DNA of 31,611 bases from Octopus sinensis (GCF_006345805.1 NW_021832197.1:1-31611), one strand, 5' to 3'; positions 1 to 12,635 are shown, counted from the first letter of the stretch. Numbers and translations are program-made. The notes: generated from the letters alone by a model not told the origin.

Positions 1-76
1 TTGCGTACTGAGGTCGATCTATCGACTGGCCCCCTCCCCCAAACTTTTGGGCCTTGTACCTAGAGTAGAAAAGGAT
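1..76 (+). mobile_element. 3' end of SINE family B
   Basis: Matches the tail (gcgtactggrgtcgatctaatcgactggcccc...gccttgtrcctagagtagaaaag) of the copies ending near 8600, 23780 and 24710. Confidence 0.85.
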
Positions 77-164
77 TTAATGAAATAGTAGGTGGAAAAA
101 CATTCAAGAAAGGAGTTAAGGACTTTTCATTATTTCAAACTAATTTTATCATGCAAGTAATACA

Positions 165-545
165 GGCTTAGATGTGGCTGTGTGGTAAGAAGCTTGCTCC
201 CCAACTACATGGTTCCGGTTCAATCCCACTGCGTGACACCTTCGGCTAGTGCCTCCTACTATAGCCTCGGATCGACCACATCCTTGTGGGTGGATTTGGC
301 AGACGGAAACTGAAAGAAGCCTATTATGTGTGTGTGTGTGTGTGTGTGTGTTTGTTTGTCCTCCACAACCGTTAAGTTACGGGTGTTGGTGTTGCCGTGT
401 TTATGGTTCGGCAAGAAGAGACTGATAAAGTAAGTACCAGGCTTAATAAAAAAAAAAAAACTTAAGTATTGCGGTCGATTCATTCGAGTAAAACCTCTTC
501 AATGCGGTGCCCCAACATGGGCGCAGTCTACTGACTAAAACGAAT
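165..545 (+). mobile_element. tRNA-derived SINE family A, near full length
   Basis: Pol III A-box-like TGGCTGTGTGGT and B-box-like GGTTCAATCCC, a central (TG)n, and a 3' end similar to the other family A copies in the window. Confidence 0.85.
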
Positions 546-551
546 GGAACG

Positions 552-851
552 TATCTTTTTATTAAATGGCGACATTTTTGACGACGCGGGTATACAAAGC
601 TAGAACGTATTCGCGTTATTTCCTTTCATGATTGCTTAATGAACCGAAAATAAAATTTAAAGAATTAAAGGAAATTATCACTGATATAATTATTTAAGCA
701 ATTATATAGGAGATAATGAATTTATACAGAAATTACTATGATTCGCATTCATCATTTGGGATGGAAAATGCTAAATCGAAAATAGGAGGAAAAACCATTT
801 CTTAATTAATGAGTGTCGCATTTCCCGGGAAACGCCGGGTAACATTCAAGT
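552..851 (+). mobile_element. Probable non-autonomous Helitron-like element (3' terminus recognised)
   Basis: GC hairpin CCCGG-GAAACG-CCGGG at 824-839, followed about 7 nt later by CAAG-T (degenerate CTAG-T). The 5' boundary is a guess. Confidence 0.45.
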
Positions 852-1042
852 ATACATACATACATACATACATACATACATACATACATACATACACACA
901 TACATACATACATACATACATACACACAAACATACATACATATAAACATATACATATAGATATAAACATATACATATAGATATAAACATATATATATACT
1001 ATATATATATATATATAGATAGATAGATAGAGAGATAGATAG

Positions 1043-1080
<38 letters not shown>

Positions 1081-1220
1081 TACACATACATACATATATA
1101 TACATATATATGTGTTTGCGCATGCATATATGTATGTATAAAATGTAAACGTTTGTGTATATGTATGTGCATGTGTCAGTGTAAATATACGTGAATATAT
1201 ATATATATATATATATATAT
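851..1220. repeat. Compound microsatellite (TACA)n/(GATA)n/(TA)n
   Basis: Directly visible. Confidence 0.95.
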
Positions 1221-1596
1221 AGTCAATTCGATGATGCCAGGTCCTTGTTAGGGATTAAATAATTCCAAAATTTCGCTGCTTAATCACTACCATATATGAT
1301 GGGGCGGTAAGAAAGCCCTGATCATAAAGCTCTGATGAGATTCTGCCCCATATAGTTGAAAACGATAACCAATTCTTAGCATATGACCCTACCCAAATAC
1401 TTGGAATTACGAATCACCTAGGGGCAGGAATCGAAACATATATGTAGGTTTTTTGGCATCTGCCATTTCTTTTTGACCTTTGTAATTCACAATTTATCGG
1501 TATTGTTTTTAAAAAGAAAATTTCAATCTCATTATATCATACAAATAAATTATTTATACATCCATATTTCTCCATTTTCTTTCTTTCATTATTAAC
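1221..1596 (+). mobile_element. Short ribozyme-bearing element (Penelope-like pLTR or retrozyme-like) between (TA)n tracts
   Basis: About 375 bp bounded by (TA)n on both sides, contains a hammerhead, and ends in a pyrimidine-rich tail ...ctttcattattaac. Confidence 0.65.
1326..1452 (+). ncRNA. Type I hammerhead ribozyme with extended stem/loop II
   Basis: Stem I AAAGCT/GGTTTT; CTGATGA at 1332-1338; stem II GATTCTGCCCC (1339-1349) / GGGGCAG(G)AATC (1421-1432); GAAA at 1433-1436; palindromic stem III ACATATATGT; predicted GUA cleavage at 1446/1447. Confidence 0.85.
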
Positions 1597-2185
1597 TATA
1601 TATATATATATATATATACAGATACATATATACATAATATATATATATGTACAAATGTGTGGGTATATGTTTTTCTATGTGTATACATACATGCACATAT
1701 ACGCATCCATGCATTTAACAGACAAATACATACACACACGAATATGCACACCCCCAGTCACAAACTCCACCCCTACCGCACCCACACATATGTTCATTTC
1801 TAATATTTTATGCAATTACAAAGAATAACATTTCTCTTTAAACTAGCTCCACGGCAAACTCACACGCAACATAACTCGCGCCAACGCCACGTAACGCGCG
1901 CGCCCGCACATGCACCCCCACCACACACACATACACAAACACAAACACACACGCACGCACGCACGCACGCACATGCACCTCCCTCTGTAGCAATATGCTC
2001 GTTGTTTTCGCTGGATTTTACGTACAACGAATTTGAACTAACGGCACGTGTGTTTAATGGCGTTTCCTCTCGTATAAACATTGGAACCGAAAGCTACGGA
2101 AATGGGGCCACTTACGAAATTACGAACCAAGTTCCTTGTATTAAATTAGCAGGTTTAGATGGAGTTGGAAATTATTTATTTTTAA

Positions 2186-2400
2186 GGCGCGGCTTAGGGC
2201 GCAGGCAAGGCTTCACAGGCGCAGGCATGGCTCATGGGCACAGGCGTAGCTGTGGGGAAGAAGTCTGCTCAGCAACCACGTGGTTTCAGGTTCAATCCCA
2301 CTGCGCAGCGGAACCTTGGGCAAGTCCCTTTCTACTTACAGCCCCGAACTAACCAAAGCCTTGTGAGTGATTTTGGCACATGGAAACTGTGAGGAAGCCA
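2186..2400 (+). mobile_element. SINE family A 5' half with reiterated head
   Basis: Four tandem variants of the ggcgcaggc..ggct start, B-box GGTTCAATCCC, then ccttgggcaagt. Confidence 0.8.
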
Positions 2401-2438
2401 TGCATGTATATATATATATATATATACATGCATACATA

Positions 2439-2625
2439 TATATTATTTTTTCCTCTGTCTTCCCTTCTCGGGATCTTTCCTTCTCCTATGTTTCCGACGA
2501 AGAGCTCCGATCGAAACGTTAAACCCTCCTTCTTCCCTTCTTTCCTGAGCGTCCAATAATACTATATTTGTTCCACGTCCTCGCGTTGTGTTGTTTTTTT
2601 CTTTTGTTTTCTTGTTTGGATTAAC
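2439..2625 (+). mobile_element. About 187-bp element with minimal hammerhead-like motif and 20-bp flanking direct repeat
   Basis: TATATATACATGCATACATA at 2419-2438 and 2626-2645. Motif GTTT-CCGACGA-A-GAGC-TCC-GATC-GAAA-CG-TT-AAAC at 2490-2524. Confidence 0.7.
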
Positions 2626-2675
2626 TATATATACATGCATACATAAATACCTATATACACACACACATAGGTTCC

Positions 2676-3063
2676 TAAGAAGCTTCCTTACCAGCCAGAG
2701 GGTTCCGGGTTCAGTCTCCCACTGAGTGGAACCTTCGGCAAGTGTCTTCTACTATAGCCTCGGGCCGACCAAAGCCTGAGTGGATTTGGTAGATAATAGT
2801 ATGTATGTATGTATGTATGTATGTATGTATGTATGTATGTATGTATGTATGTATGTATGTATGCTTGTATGTATGTGTGTGTATTTGTGTGTGCATGCGT
2901 GTGTGTATTTACGTCCCCGTAATCTAGCGGTTTGGCAACAGTTGTCGATAGAATAAGTACTAGGCTTACAAAAAGTAAGTCCTGGGGTCGATATCTTCGA
3001 CTAAAAATTCTTTAAGGCGGTGCCCCAGAATGGCTGCAGTCAAATGACTGAAACAAATAAAAA
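2676..3063 (+). mobile_element. SINE family A
   Basis: ggttccgggttcagtc...aagtgtcttctactatagcctcgggccgacc, internal (TATG)n, and 3' end gcagtcaaatgactgaaacaa. Confidence 0.85.
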
Positions 3064-3101
3064 TGTGTGTGTGTGTGTGTGCGCGCGCGCGTGTGTGTGT
3101 G

Positions 3102-3270
3102 TGACAACCGTTCTTTGTTTAGATCCCTGTATTACAGCGGTCCTAAACAAACCGATAGAATACGAAACAGACTTTAAACGAATTAGTTGAAGGGCTAATT
3201 TGTTAGACCAAGCTAACCAAGGCGGTGCGCAAGTTTGGCCGCAGTCCAATGACTGAAACAAGTAAAATGA
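3102..3270 (+). mobile_element. SINE family A 3' half, diverged
   Basis: ccgatagaata...ggcggtgc...tggccgcagtccaatgactgaaacaagtaaaa. Confidence 0.75.
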
Positions 3271-3640
3271 ATAATTAGCGTATTGTTTTAAGCTTTGGTC
3301 GATACCACCTTGCCTCCTTATTCACATTTTACTGATGTATATTATGGTGTGTGGAGACGCATTCGAAAAGTTTTACCTCTCGACATGAGTATCATCCATG
3401 ACCAGACTTCTTCCCGGGTATTTTTAATTTTTTTGTAGCAATCATAATTGCGACTTCCGGTATGTTGGCTATGGACGCTTCCGACTTGATAAAATTGTAA
3501 AACTTAAATGGCTTGTAACTTTATTATTAATTTCTATAGAAAATGGATGCGATTTTCGTCCTCAGCATGCAAATCTACACCAATGTAGAAAATTTTAGAA
3601 AATTCTGTTAATTGGAAAAAAAAATCTTAAAAGATTCGTT

Positions 3641-3833
3641 TTCCATTCTGGCACATATCCATATTAACTCGGTTATACAACATATTCGTTCATATTAAAC
3701 ACCACAGAGGGTCTTCCGTTCTGGTACATATCCAGGTTCGGGTTATACACAATATTCGTTCATATTCAAGGCAACAGTGAGTTTTTTTCTGCCATCTATC
3801 AAGGACTCGGTTACACAACATATTCATTTATAT
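3641..3833. repeat. Diverged tandem repeat, about 73-bp unit, about 2.7 copies
   Basis: ttccrttctggyacatatcc at 3641 and 3714; ggttayac..atattcrttyatat occurs three times. Confidence 0.75.
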
Positions 3834-3852
3834 GAAGATGGTAGTGGATCAG

Positions 3853-3898
<46 letters not shown>

Positions 3899-4074
3899 GG
3901 CTATTTGTAGCAAGCCGAAAGACCGCGTAGAGGTGCTCAACTTATTATTTATACTTATATATTTTTGATCAGAGTTCAGCCTAGATTCACAAGTCCAACG
4001 GTAACAAAGTTGTGTTTTCATAAATTCAGTTTTATACGTTCTGCCCTCTTGAGGACTGTTAATATAAGGTAGAT

Positions 4075-4560
4075 ATTTGAACCTCTGTTCCAGTTACTAC
4101 GAGAGTCAATCTTTGACTTGTTCTTTAAGCCATTGTTTGAGTTCCATTTTTTAGCTTTTGATCGAGCTGCTATCTGAGCCTCTTTTTCAGCGACTGTTGT
4201 ACGCTCTGCTTGGGTCAGTTTGAGTCCCTGCTTTACTCACTTCTCCTGTCTTTACTTGAGTTATTATTTGAACTGTTTGATCCACTCTTTGAGCTACTAT
4301 TTCGGTCACTGTTTGAGCCAAAAGTTTGAAACAAAGTTTGAGTCATTGTTTCACTCATTCTTTGAGTCATTATTTTGACGTCTGCTTGAGCCACTGTTTG
4401 ACTCACTAGTCGAGTCTCAATTTGAGCCATATTTGAGACATTATTTGAACCTTTGCTTGACTCACTGTTAGATCCACAATTTAATTTACTGCTTTACTCC
4501 TGTTTCAGGCCTAGCTTGATTCCCGGTTTGGATTCCTGACCTGTTTAAGCCAGTGTTTGG
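4075..4560. repeat. Degenerate 12-bp-period minisatellite (consensus about TTTGAGYCACTG)
   Basis: tttgag/tttgaa/ttgact recur at about 12-nt spacing over about 480 bp. Confidence 0.7.
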
Positions 4561-4973
4561 TAAAGAGACATTCACTATTATCGATAATGGATTATATATA
4601 CATTTCTCGTGATTGACAAATTCGCCATTACCATCAACAGCATCACCATCATCACCAACATCATCATCATCATCATCATCAAATGCATCAGTGCTAACAT
4701 CACCACCGCTCTCACCCACACCATCACCATCAACAGCATTAATACCACCACCACCACCACCACCAACTGCCACCAACAACAACCATCACCATCACCACCA
4801 CCACCACTACCACTACCACCACTTATTGCACAGCTATTATAAGCTATTGTTCTTCTTGCTGCAGCAGAAAGCACTGCTACTGCTGCTGTTGTTGTTGTTG
4901 TTGCAACTGCCGCTTGCAGTTTTAATGATGATGTCTATAAACACGTGCACACTTCATTAATCACTTTAGCCTC

Positions 4974-5018
<45 letters not shown>

Positions 5019-5296
5019 CAACAATGAAATAATAGTGATTTAATCAGGAGGAGGGGGGGAACGAAAATGGAATTTTTTTTTTAAACCCTAAAATTGGAAA
5101 GAAAGAGAAAAGGCAAAAATATTTTTAAAAAATATGGAATATGAAATAAAGGCGTATCGATTAGACGCTATCGATTATTAACTGATATTTCACCCACTCT
5201 CCTCACCGCCGCCACCACACACGGACCCTTCACAGCTTTCGTCCCCTTATTTCTCTCTCTTCCATCGCGTTCCCCCAATCCTGTTTACTGCTGCTG

Positions 5297-5372
<76 letters not shown>

Positions 5373-5574
5373 CCCCTTTGTCCTAATTATTTTCTCCCTT
5401 TTATTCAATCGTGAAATTCTACACACACATACACACACACACACACGCATACACACACATACATACGCACGCACAAATGTTTGGTATACATATAAGCTAA
5501 TACACAACATCTAGTGTATAGTTTGCAGCTTAAAATATATAGCCCATGTCTCCATCCATCTATCTATCTATCTA

Positions 5575-5619
<45 letters not shown>

Positions 5620-6449
5620 ATGTATGTATGTATGTATGTATGTATGTATGTATGTATCTAGCTGCCTGCACATGAGCTGCAGATTTTCAGATATGCACAT
5701 GCGTATGTATACAAATAGAAATATATGTACATACCCGTATGTGTGTATGATGTATGTATGTCTTGTCGAAATATACATATGCATCTATTTATAATATTAA
5801 CGCGCATGTGCGTATATGAGTATATATGTTGTGTGTGTGCGTGTGTGTATATATATATATATATATATACACACATCTATATATGAATGTATTTTATGCA
5901 TATAAACATACATATATCTATATATATTTAGGGTATAAAAACGTGTCAATCTATCTATCTGTCTGTCATAATTTATACATTTACAACACGAACGTGAATG
6001 TAAGTGTGCGTGTGTATATGTGTGCACGCACAAATACATACGCACATACATGAAACACAACTGGCAGGAGTTTATTAACCAATATCTCCCTTGCCACCAC
6101 CACCACCCCCGCCACTAACACTCCTGACCCCTTTATCTTGTTTGCTCCCCCACTTCCGCCACCCGCTCCCTGCACACAGTTCCACTTTCTTCCATCGCTT
6201 CCAACATATCGTCCGCCACCTCTCCGCCGCACCATTCCTCTTTACCACACCACCCGCCATACCCGACACAACCGCCACCACCGCCGCCGCCGCCGCCGCC
6301 ACCAGCACCACCCCCGCCGCCGCTGCCGCAGCCAGCATCAATCAAGGACAACAGTGCCAGGGATGTCGTTGTTACCACGGTATTGATAAAATAGTTGACT
6401 GCTTCAATGGTGGCCATCAATTAAATTGATTGCGGGGAGAACGAACGAT

Positions 6450-6738
6450 CGACGACGACGACGACAAAGATGATGATGATGATGATGATGCTGTTGTTGA
6501 TGATGACGACGGCGACGACGATGACAGCTATGATGATGATGATGACGATGATGAGGATAACGAAGATGACGACTACGACAACGAAGATGATGATGATGAC
6601 GACGACGAACAGGATGATGATGATGATGATAATGATGATGACGACGAGCAGGAGGTTGTTGATGATGTTGATGATGATGATGATGACGACGAGCAGGAGG
6701 ATGTTGCTGATGATGATGATGATGATGATGATGACGAA

Positions 6739-6785
<47 letters not shown>

Positions 6786-6900
6786 GGATAATGACGATGA
6801 TGACGAGGATGATGACGACGACGACAACGATGATGATGAAGACGATGATGATGACGACGACGACAACGATGATGTTGATGATGATGATGATGATGATGAT
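6450..6900. repeat. (GAT/GAC)n compound trinucleotide tract
   Basis: Directly visible; it produces the poly-Asp/Met/Ser ORFs. Confidence 0.95.
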
Positions 6901-7047
6901 GGCTCTAAAGGGAGATGGCGAGAGAAGAAGGTTATGATTTCTGATGTAGAAGCTCTAAGGCTCTCCTTAATAGCGCACATCATTTTGTTCGTTGATCAAC
7001 CGATTGTAGCATTATTAAGCATTACATACTACTACTACTACTACAAT

Positions 7048-7336
<289 letters not shown>

Positions 7337-7573
7337 GTGCAAGAAGTGCAAAAGATTGGCTTAACTGGTACATCACACGTATTGAGAAGAGCATTGTCGA
7401 TGTGAGAACTGTTGCTGCTCATGTATTTTAATTTAACTTAAAAAAAAAATTTTTTTAAATGAACGAACTACTGAGTTTGGCCTACCAATGTATACTATGA
7501 GGTTCTTTGCCCTAGGAGTCGGGAAGACACTCGGCAAGAAATGGAAGCAAATTTGAAAGAAGAAAAAAGAAAG
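7337..7573 (+). mobile_element. 5'-truncated R4/Dong-like non-LTR retrotransposon (ORF end plus 3' UTR)
   Basis: Translates VQEVQKIGLTGTSHVLRRALSM*, matching the QKxxLLGTAHILRxVL terminus of R4/Dong ORFs; flanked by (TAA)n. Confidence 0.7.
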
Positions 7574-7602
7574 TAATAATAATAATAATATAATAATAAT
7601 AA

Positions 7603-8033
7603 TGGGACTATGATTTTCAGACGGATCGTGTAATCGAACACCAGCAGCTGGATATTGTCATATTGTATAAGAGAGACAAATACTGTCAGATCATTGATGT
7701 AGACATACCAAATGGCATGAATGTTGTGAGTAAAGAGGTTGAAAAAATCGCCAAGTACTCCGAATTGAAAGTGGAAACGGCAAGACTGAATGGAATGCGA
7801 GAGGGTAATGTAAACGTGATACCAGTGGTGATACCAGTTGGGCTCAATCCCATTGAAACTTCAAGACTTTTTAAGGCAACTGGAAATCCCATACAAGATT
7901 GAAGTCTTACAAAAAGCAGCCTTATTGGGCACAGCGCACATATTAAGGAAAGTATTATCTGTCTGGGGTCCTTGTTGTGACTTGACACATGACTAAAGAC
8001 TCCGGTGCATTTTTACCTACACTGTTTCGAAGG
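7603..8033 (+). mobile_element. 5'-truncated R4/Dong-like retrotransposon, restriction-like endonuclease domain (decayed)
   Basis: WDYDFQTDRVIEHQQLDIVILYKRDKYCQIIDVDIPNGMNVVSKEVEKIAKYSELKVE...VIPVVI, then LQKAALLGTAHILRKVLSV in another frame; flanked by (TAA)n. Confidence 0.85.
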
Positions 8034-8052
8034 AATAATAATAATAATAACA

Positions 8053-8205
8053 GTTTTAAATTTAGGCACAAGGATAACTATTTTGAGAGGAGAGGATAGA
8101 CAATACTATTGACCCCAGCACGTGACTGGTACTTTATTTTATCGACCATCCAGGAAGATGAGGAGCAAAGTCAACATTGATGGGATATGTGCTCAGAACT
8201 TTAAG
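8053..8205 (-). mobile_element. SINE family B fragment
   Basis: ttgaccccagcacgtgactggtactttattttatcgacc is the reverse complement of the family B core. Confidence 0.7.
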
Positions 8206-8212
8206 AGATAGA

Positions 8213-8601
8213 AGGCAGCGAGCTGGCAGAATCGTTAGCACGCCGGCCGAAATGCTTAGCGGTATTTCGTCTGCCGCTACGTTCTGAGTTCAAATTCCGC
8301 CGAGGTCAACTTTGCCTTTCATCCTTTCGGGGTCGTTTAAATAAGTACCAGTTACGCACTGGGGTCGATATAATCGACTTAATCCGTTTGTCTGTCCTTG
8401 TTTGTTCCCTCTGTGTGTAGCCCCTTGTGGGCACTAAAGAAATAGGTATTTCGTTTGTCTTTGTGTTCTGAGTTCAAATTCCGTGGAGGTCGAATTTGCC
8501 TTTCGGTGTCGATAAATTAAGTACCAGTTGCGTACTGGAGTCGATCTAATCGACTGGCCCCCTCTCCAAAATTTCGGGCCTTGTACCTTTAGTAGAAAAG
8601 A
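8213..8601 (+). mobile_element. SINE family B, dimeric form
   Basis: A-box-like TGGCAGAATCGTTA, B-box-like GAGTTCAAATTCC, core gcctttcatcctttcggggtcg..aagtaccag, and a second partial unit from about 8445. Confidence 0.9.
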
Positions 8602-8779
8602 ACTTTAAAAGGTGGAAGAAATATACAAAGGCATTTTGTCGGACGAGTGCTCTAACGAGTATGTCAATTCACCATCCTAAGTATTTTCGTGTCACAAGAG
8701 CAGAGTATGAGTCAATATAAGATGGACAGATTAAACAAAAAGTTGGGGTTTTGCGTTGAAATCGAATGAGAGATGAAAT

Positions 8780-10230
8780 GAGAAATGTAAGTACAAAGAG
8801 TACAAAATATATTATAATGTCCTTGAATGAGGGCCGTTTCCTTGGGTCAATCAAGGAAACACCAAAGATTTTGAAATGTTCTGATTATTAAATTAAAGCG
8901 CTCTCTCCCAGCTGTTATTATCCAGCCTACAGGAGCATGCAGAGCATGGGCACATTCTCTCAGGTCATGTCTGACATCCTCAACCACATTTTAATGAATT
9001 TACAGAAGAGCATCCCTCTTGACCATCAGTTTTATTTCTAAAACCTGAAGTCGAGGGGGGTTTAGTTGGAGAGAAAAACATCTTCACTCCTGTTAGTCGC
9101 GTCTACTAACCACACAGTCTCTTTTACCAGAGCCACTAGACCAAAGAAAGCTGCTTACTCTTCTTGACTAAAAGAGGATGTAGAGGCAGCTTTTACGATG
9201 GAATTGTGCTAATCAGAACAGATGTTCGACAAAAGTCCACAAGTCAGTAATATCCAGACATTTAACAAAAGGTCCAAACACAGTTTCATTGTTCAGCGAG
9301 CATCTTGACAAGCCCAGATGATGGTACATCCGTAAAAATTGTTCCGAACTAGCAACACCTCCATCTCCGGTAAGCACTACCAGACCAGATATTTCTGGAT
9401 ATTATCGATATTTTCTGGAGACAAAAGGGGATGAGCTGGTGGTGAAAGGCAGAAGCTCAGTTGTTGTAACCATGGTAGTATAAACATTTTGAGGCATTTA
9501 GTCCTGAAGAGCTGGGAAGATAGAAACACAATAATAATAGAAACAAGAGCAACAAGACCCAATTACCCAAACGCCATTAATCACAGCTGTGGTGATGGCA
9601 GAGGAAGCCAATCTTGTGACTGGAAGAGGAAACCAGCGACCAAGTAATCTGTTCCTTAACCGAAGCAACCAGTTGTAAAGGGACTGGAAGACTTGAGAAG
9701 ATAATCAAAATGATGTTCGAGAACAAATAAATCAATAAAATAAATGAAAATTAAAAAAAGAAAAAAGGAAAGAAAAAGCAAACAAGCATGCATGCTCCCA
9801 AAACATCATCCCACTTTAAAACTGTATAGAATACAAGAAGATCGGTCCAGTCCCCTACCCTGAAAATAATAGGATCTCACGCGACACTAATGGGAAAACA
9901 AAGAGTTTTGCAACAAGAAGGCCTTTCCTTCATCTCCTCTCTTTGCCCAATAAAGGCCTGACAGATGAAGTGGAACTTTTATACATGGTCAATAGAAAGA
10001 GAGAAGATAGAGGTGGACTTGGTGTAACAAACTAATGAAAGGATGACAATAAAGCACTCCAACAAAGTCTACAGTTTCCTTTTTGTTAATTAGCCGCACG
10101 GCTTAAGCCATTCATTTCTGATTTTCCCCCTAAGGGATCTATGGAAGCTTCTCGGACCGACCAGTATAAGACGTACATCGAGATCTCGAAGGAGTCGTGT
10201 AATATCCCAGCTGTTTACTTTTAATTGATC
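8780..10230 (-). mobile_element. Highly decayed L1/Tx1-like LINE 3' region
   Basis: Minus-strand peptide fragments IQKYLVW*C..VLLVRNNFY, SRCSLNNETV..KCLDITDLWTFVEHL, FFGLVALVKETVW and FIKMW resemble the C-terminal zinc-finger region of Tx1/L1 ORF2. Many stops and frameshifts; the part above 9700 is less certain. Confidence 0.5.
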
Positions 10231-10659
10231 TAGTGTTTAATTATTGTTCTTTTTTTCTGGAATTACTAACATTTATTATTTGTATATTTTACGCATAACT
10301 TTTTACACTTCACTGCTATTACGTAACATTTTTCAACCTTTCCCTTTTCTTGTCTTGTCATTTCATCTAAGCCTTCTAGATTACAACAGTAAGAACACGT
10401 TCAAAAGGCGTATAATGTATTCAGATATATTAATGTTTTGACCGAACCATATCACTGATCTTATAATTTAAGCTTGTGTTATTTTAGATCATTTGCTAAC
10501 CACCGATCTATTTCCTGAGCACCAAGCTCCTGAAACAGCTGTAAAGGATAACCCGTATTCACCACTCTTTCATTTGTGAGGATGCGTATGACCTTTCCAG
10601 ATATCTGCCTACCTATGAGGTTTTCTGTCTAATTATATTTACTATCACTTCTACGATAT

Positions 10660-11080
10660 GCATGCATACATACATACATACATACATACATACATACATA
10701 CATACATACATAATACATACATACATACCCATATATATATACATATATATATACATATAGATACACACACTTATATATACACGCACACACATATATATAT
10801 ACACACACACAACGTATCTATACAAATACATGTACATATATATACCATACATTAATATAATACTACTATATATATATATATGTATATATATATATACATA
10901 CATACATACAGATATATATCTACATATATATATACAGACATATACATATATACCCACACATACACACACACACACATATATACACACACAAATATATACA
11001 CATGTATTTATGCATGTATATATGCAACGTATGTATAAACAAATACATGTACATATATATATTATATATTAATATAATAC

Positions 11081-11129
<49 letters not shown>

Positions 11130-11133
11130 TATA

Positions 11134-11180
<47 letters not shown>
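10660..11180. repeat. Compound (TACA)n/(TA)n/(CA)n microsatellite
   Basis: Directly visible. Confidence 0.95.
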
Positions 11181-11183
<3 letters not shown>

Positions 11184-11673
11184 ACGGACCAGCTGGTAGT
11201 ATTTATCTGCAGAACACGATAGTGTGACATTAATGTGAAATATATCACGATATATACTGTATAGTAGAGTCGTTTGGTCGAGATCAAAAGATGGGAAATT
11301 AGATGTCAGTCTGGTGGTGGTGGTGGTTGTGGCAGTGTTTGAGGTGGTGTCGGCAATATTGATGGTCGTGGTGATAGTGGGTGTGGTGGTGGTGGTAGCG
11401 TTTGCAGTGATGATGGTAGTAGTAGTAGTAGTGATGTTGGTGGTATTGATGCTGGAGTTTGAAGGACGTCGAATCAAGTTGAGCAGTGGAAAAGTATAGG
11501 GCTGGGCTCTTTATAGTTTAGTGTCGGGTTTGTTGAGTATGTATAAACGCACACACACACGCACACACATACACATACACACACATATACACACACATAC
11601 ATATATACACACACATTCATATTACATACAAACACACACACATGCATATATATATATATACATACATATATCA

Positions 11674-11742
<69 letters not shown>

Positions 11743-11949
11743 GAGAGAGGTAGTGATAGAGAGAAAGAGAATTAGGTTTCATATATTTCCAAAGAGAATA
11801 AACAAACAAAATGGAGACTATGTGATTATTTCCATTGCTACTTGCGCATCAGTTCAGGTTCGATCTCTCTTGCAGACATTCTTGACGGCATCGGACGAAC
11901 AATTCAGAGTTGAAGTTTCAATCCCAGATCTCACCTTATTGTCTGTCTG

Positions 11950-11963
11950 TGTATGTATGTATG

Positions 11964-12028
<65 letters not shown>

Positions 12029-12057
12029 TATTATATACATATACAAATATATATACA

Positions 12058-12097
<40 letters not shown>

Positions 12098-12474
12098 GAC
12101 ATATATATATATATATATATATACGTATATATATATATAAAATGGTCTGTTCCATGCTTGTTTTTCCGTTTTCGTTTCTCGTTGAGTTCTACGTCTATTT
12201 GTGGTGTCCTGTACTCACGTATATATATTTACATATGCATGTATATATACATGTAGATGTAGGTACGTACATATATGTATGTATGCATATATTTTATTTA
12301 TTGCACTATATAATATATACATATATATATATATATAAAATACATACATATACATATATATATATACACACACACACATATATATATACATATACATATC
12401 TATACACACACACACATACATATACACACACCACACATATACATATATATATATATATATATACATATATTATA

Positions 12475-12512
<38 letters not shown>

Positions 12513-12520
12513 CATATTAA
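11950..12520. repeat. (TA)n/(CA)n-rich tract with a short unique insert at about 12139-12218
   Basis: Directly visible. Confidence 0.9.
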
Positions 12521-12569
12521 TATAATGTGTGTGTGGTGTGTGTGTGTATTTTTTTTATCTATATATTCT

Positions 12570-12635
12570 TTTATTCTTTTGTTCAGGCATTTGACTATGG
12601 CCATGCTGGAACACCACCTTTAGTCGAACAAATCA
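12570..12635 (-). mobile_element. SINE family A 3' fragment
   Basis: catttgactatggccatgctggaacaccacctttagtcga is the reverse complement of the family A tail. Confidence 0.75.

Noticed and set aside
1810-2352. 180-aa ORF
   Set aside because: It is made of CA repeats, a short unique stretch and a SINE head, with no recognisable domain. A small exon at about 1991-2151 cannot be excluded but has no support.
8213-8300. tRNA genes at SINE heads
   Set aside because: A/B boxes are present but there is no full cloverleaf, and they continue into SINE bodies.
9504-9545. CTGAAGA...GAAA as a hammerhead
   Set aside because: No stem II or stem I pairing, and it lies inside a LINE relic.
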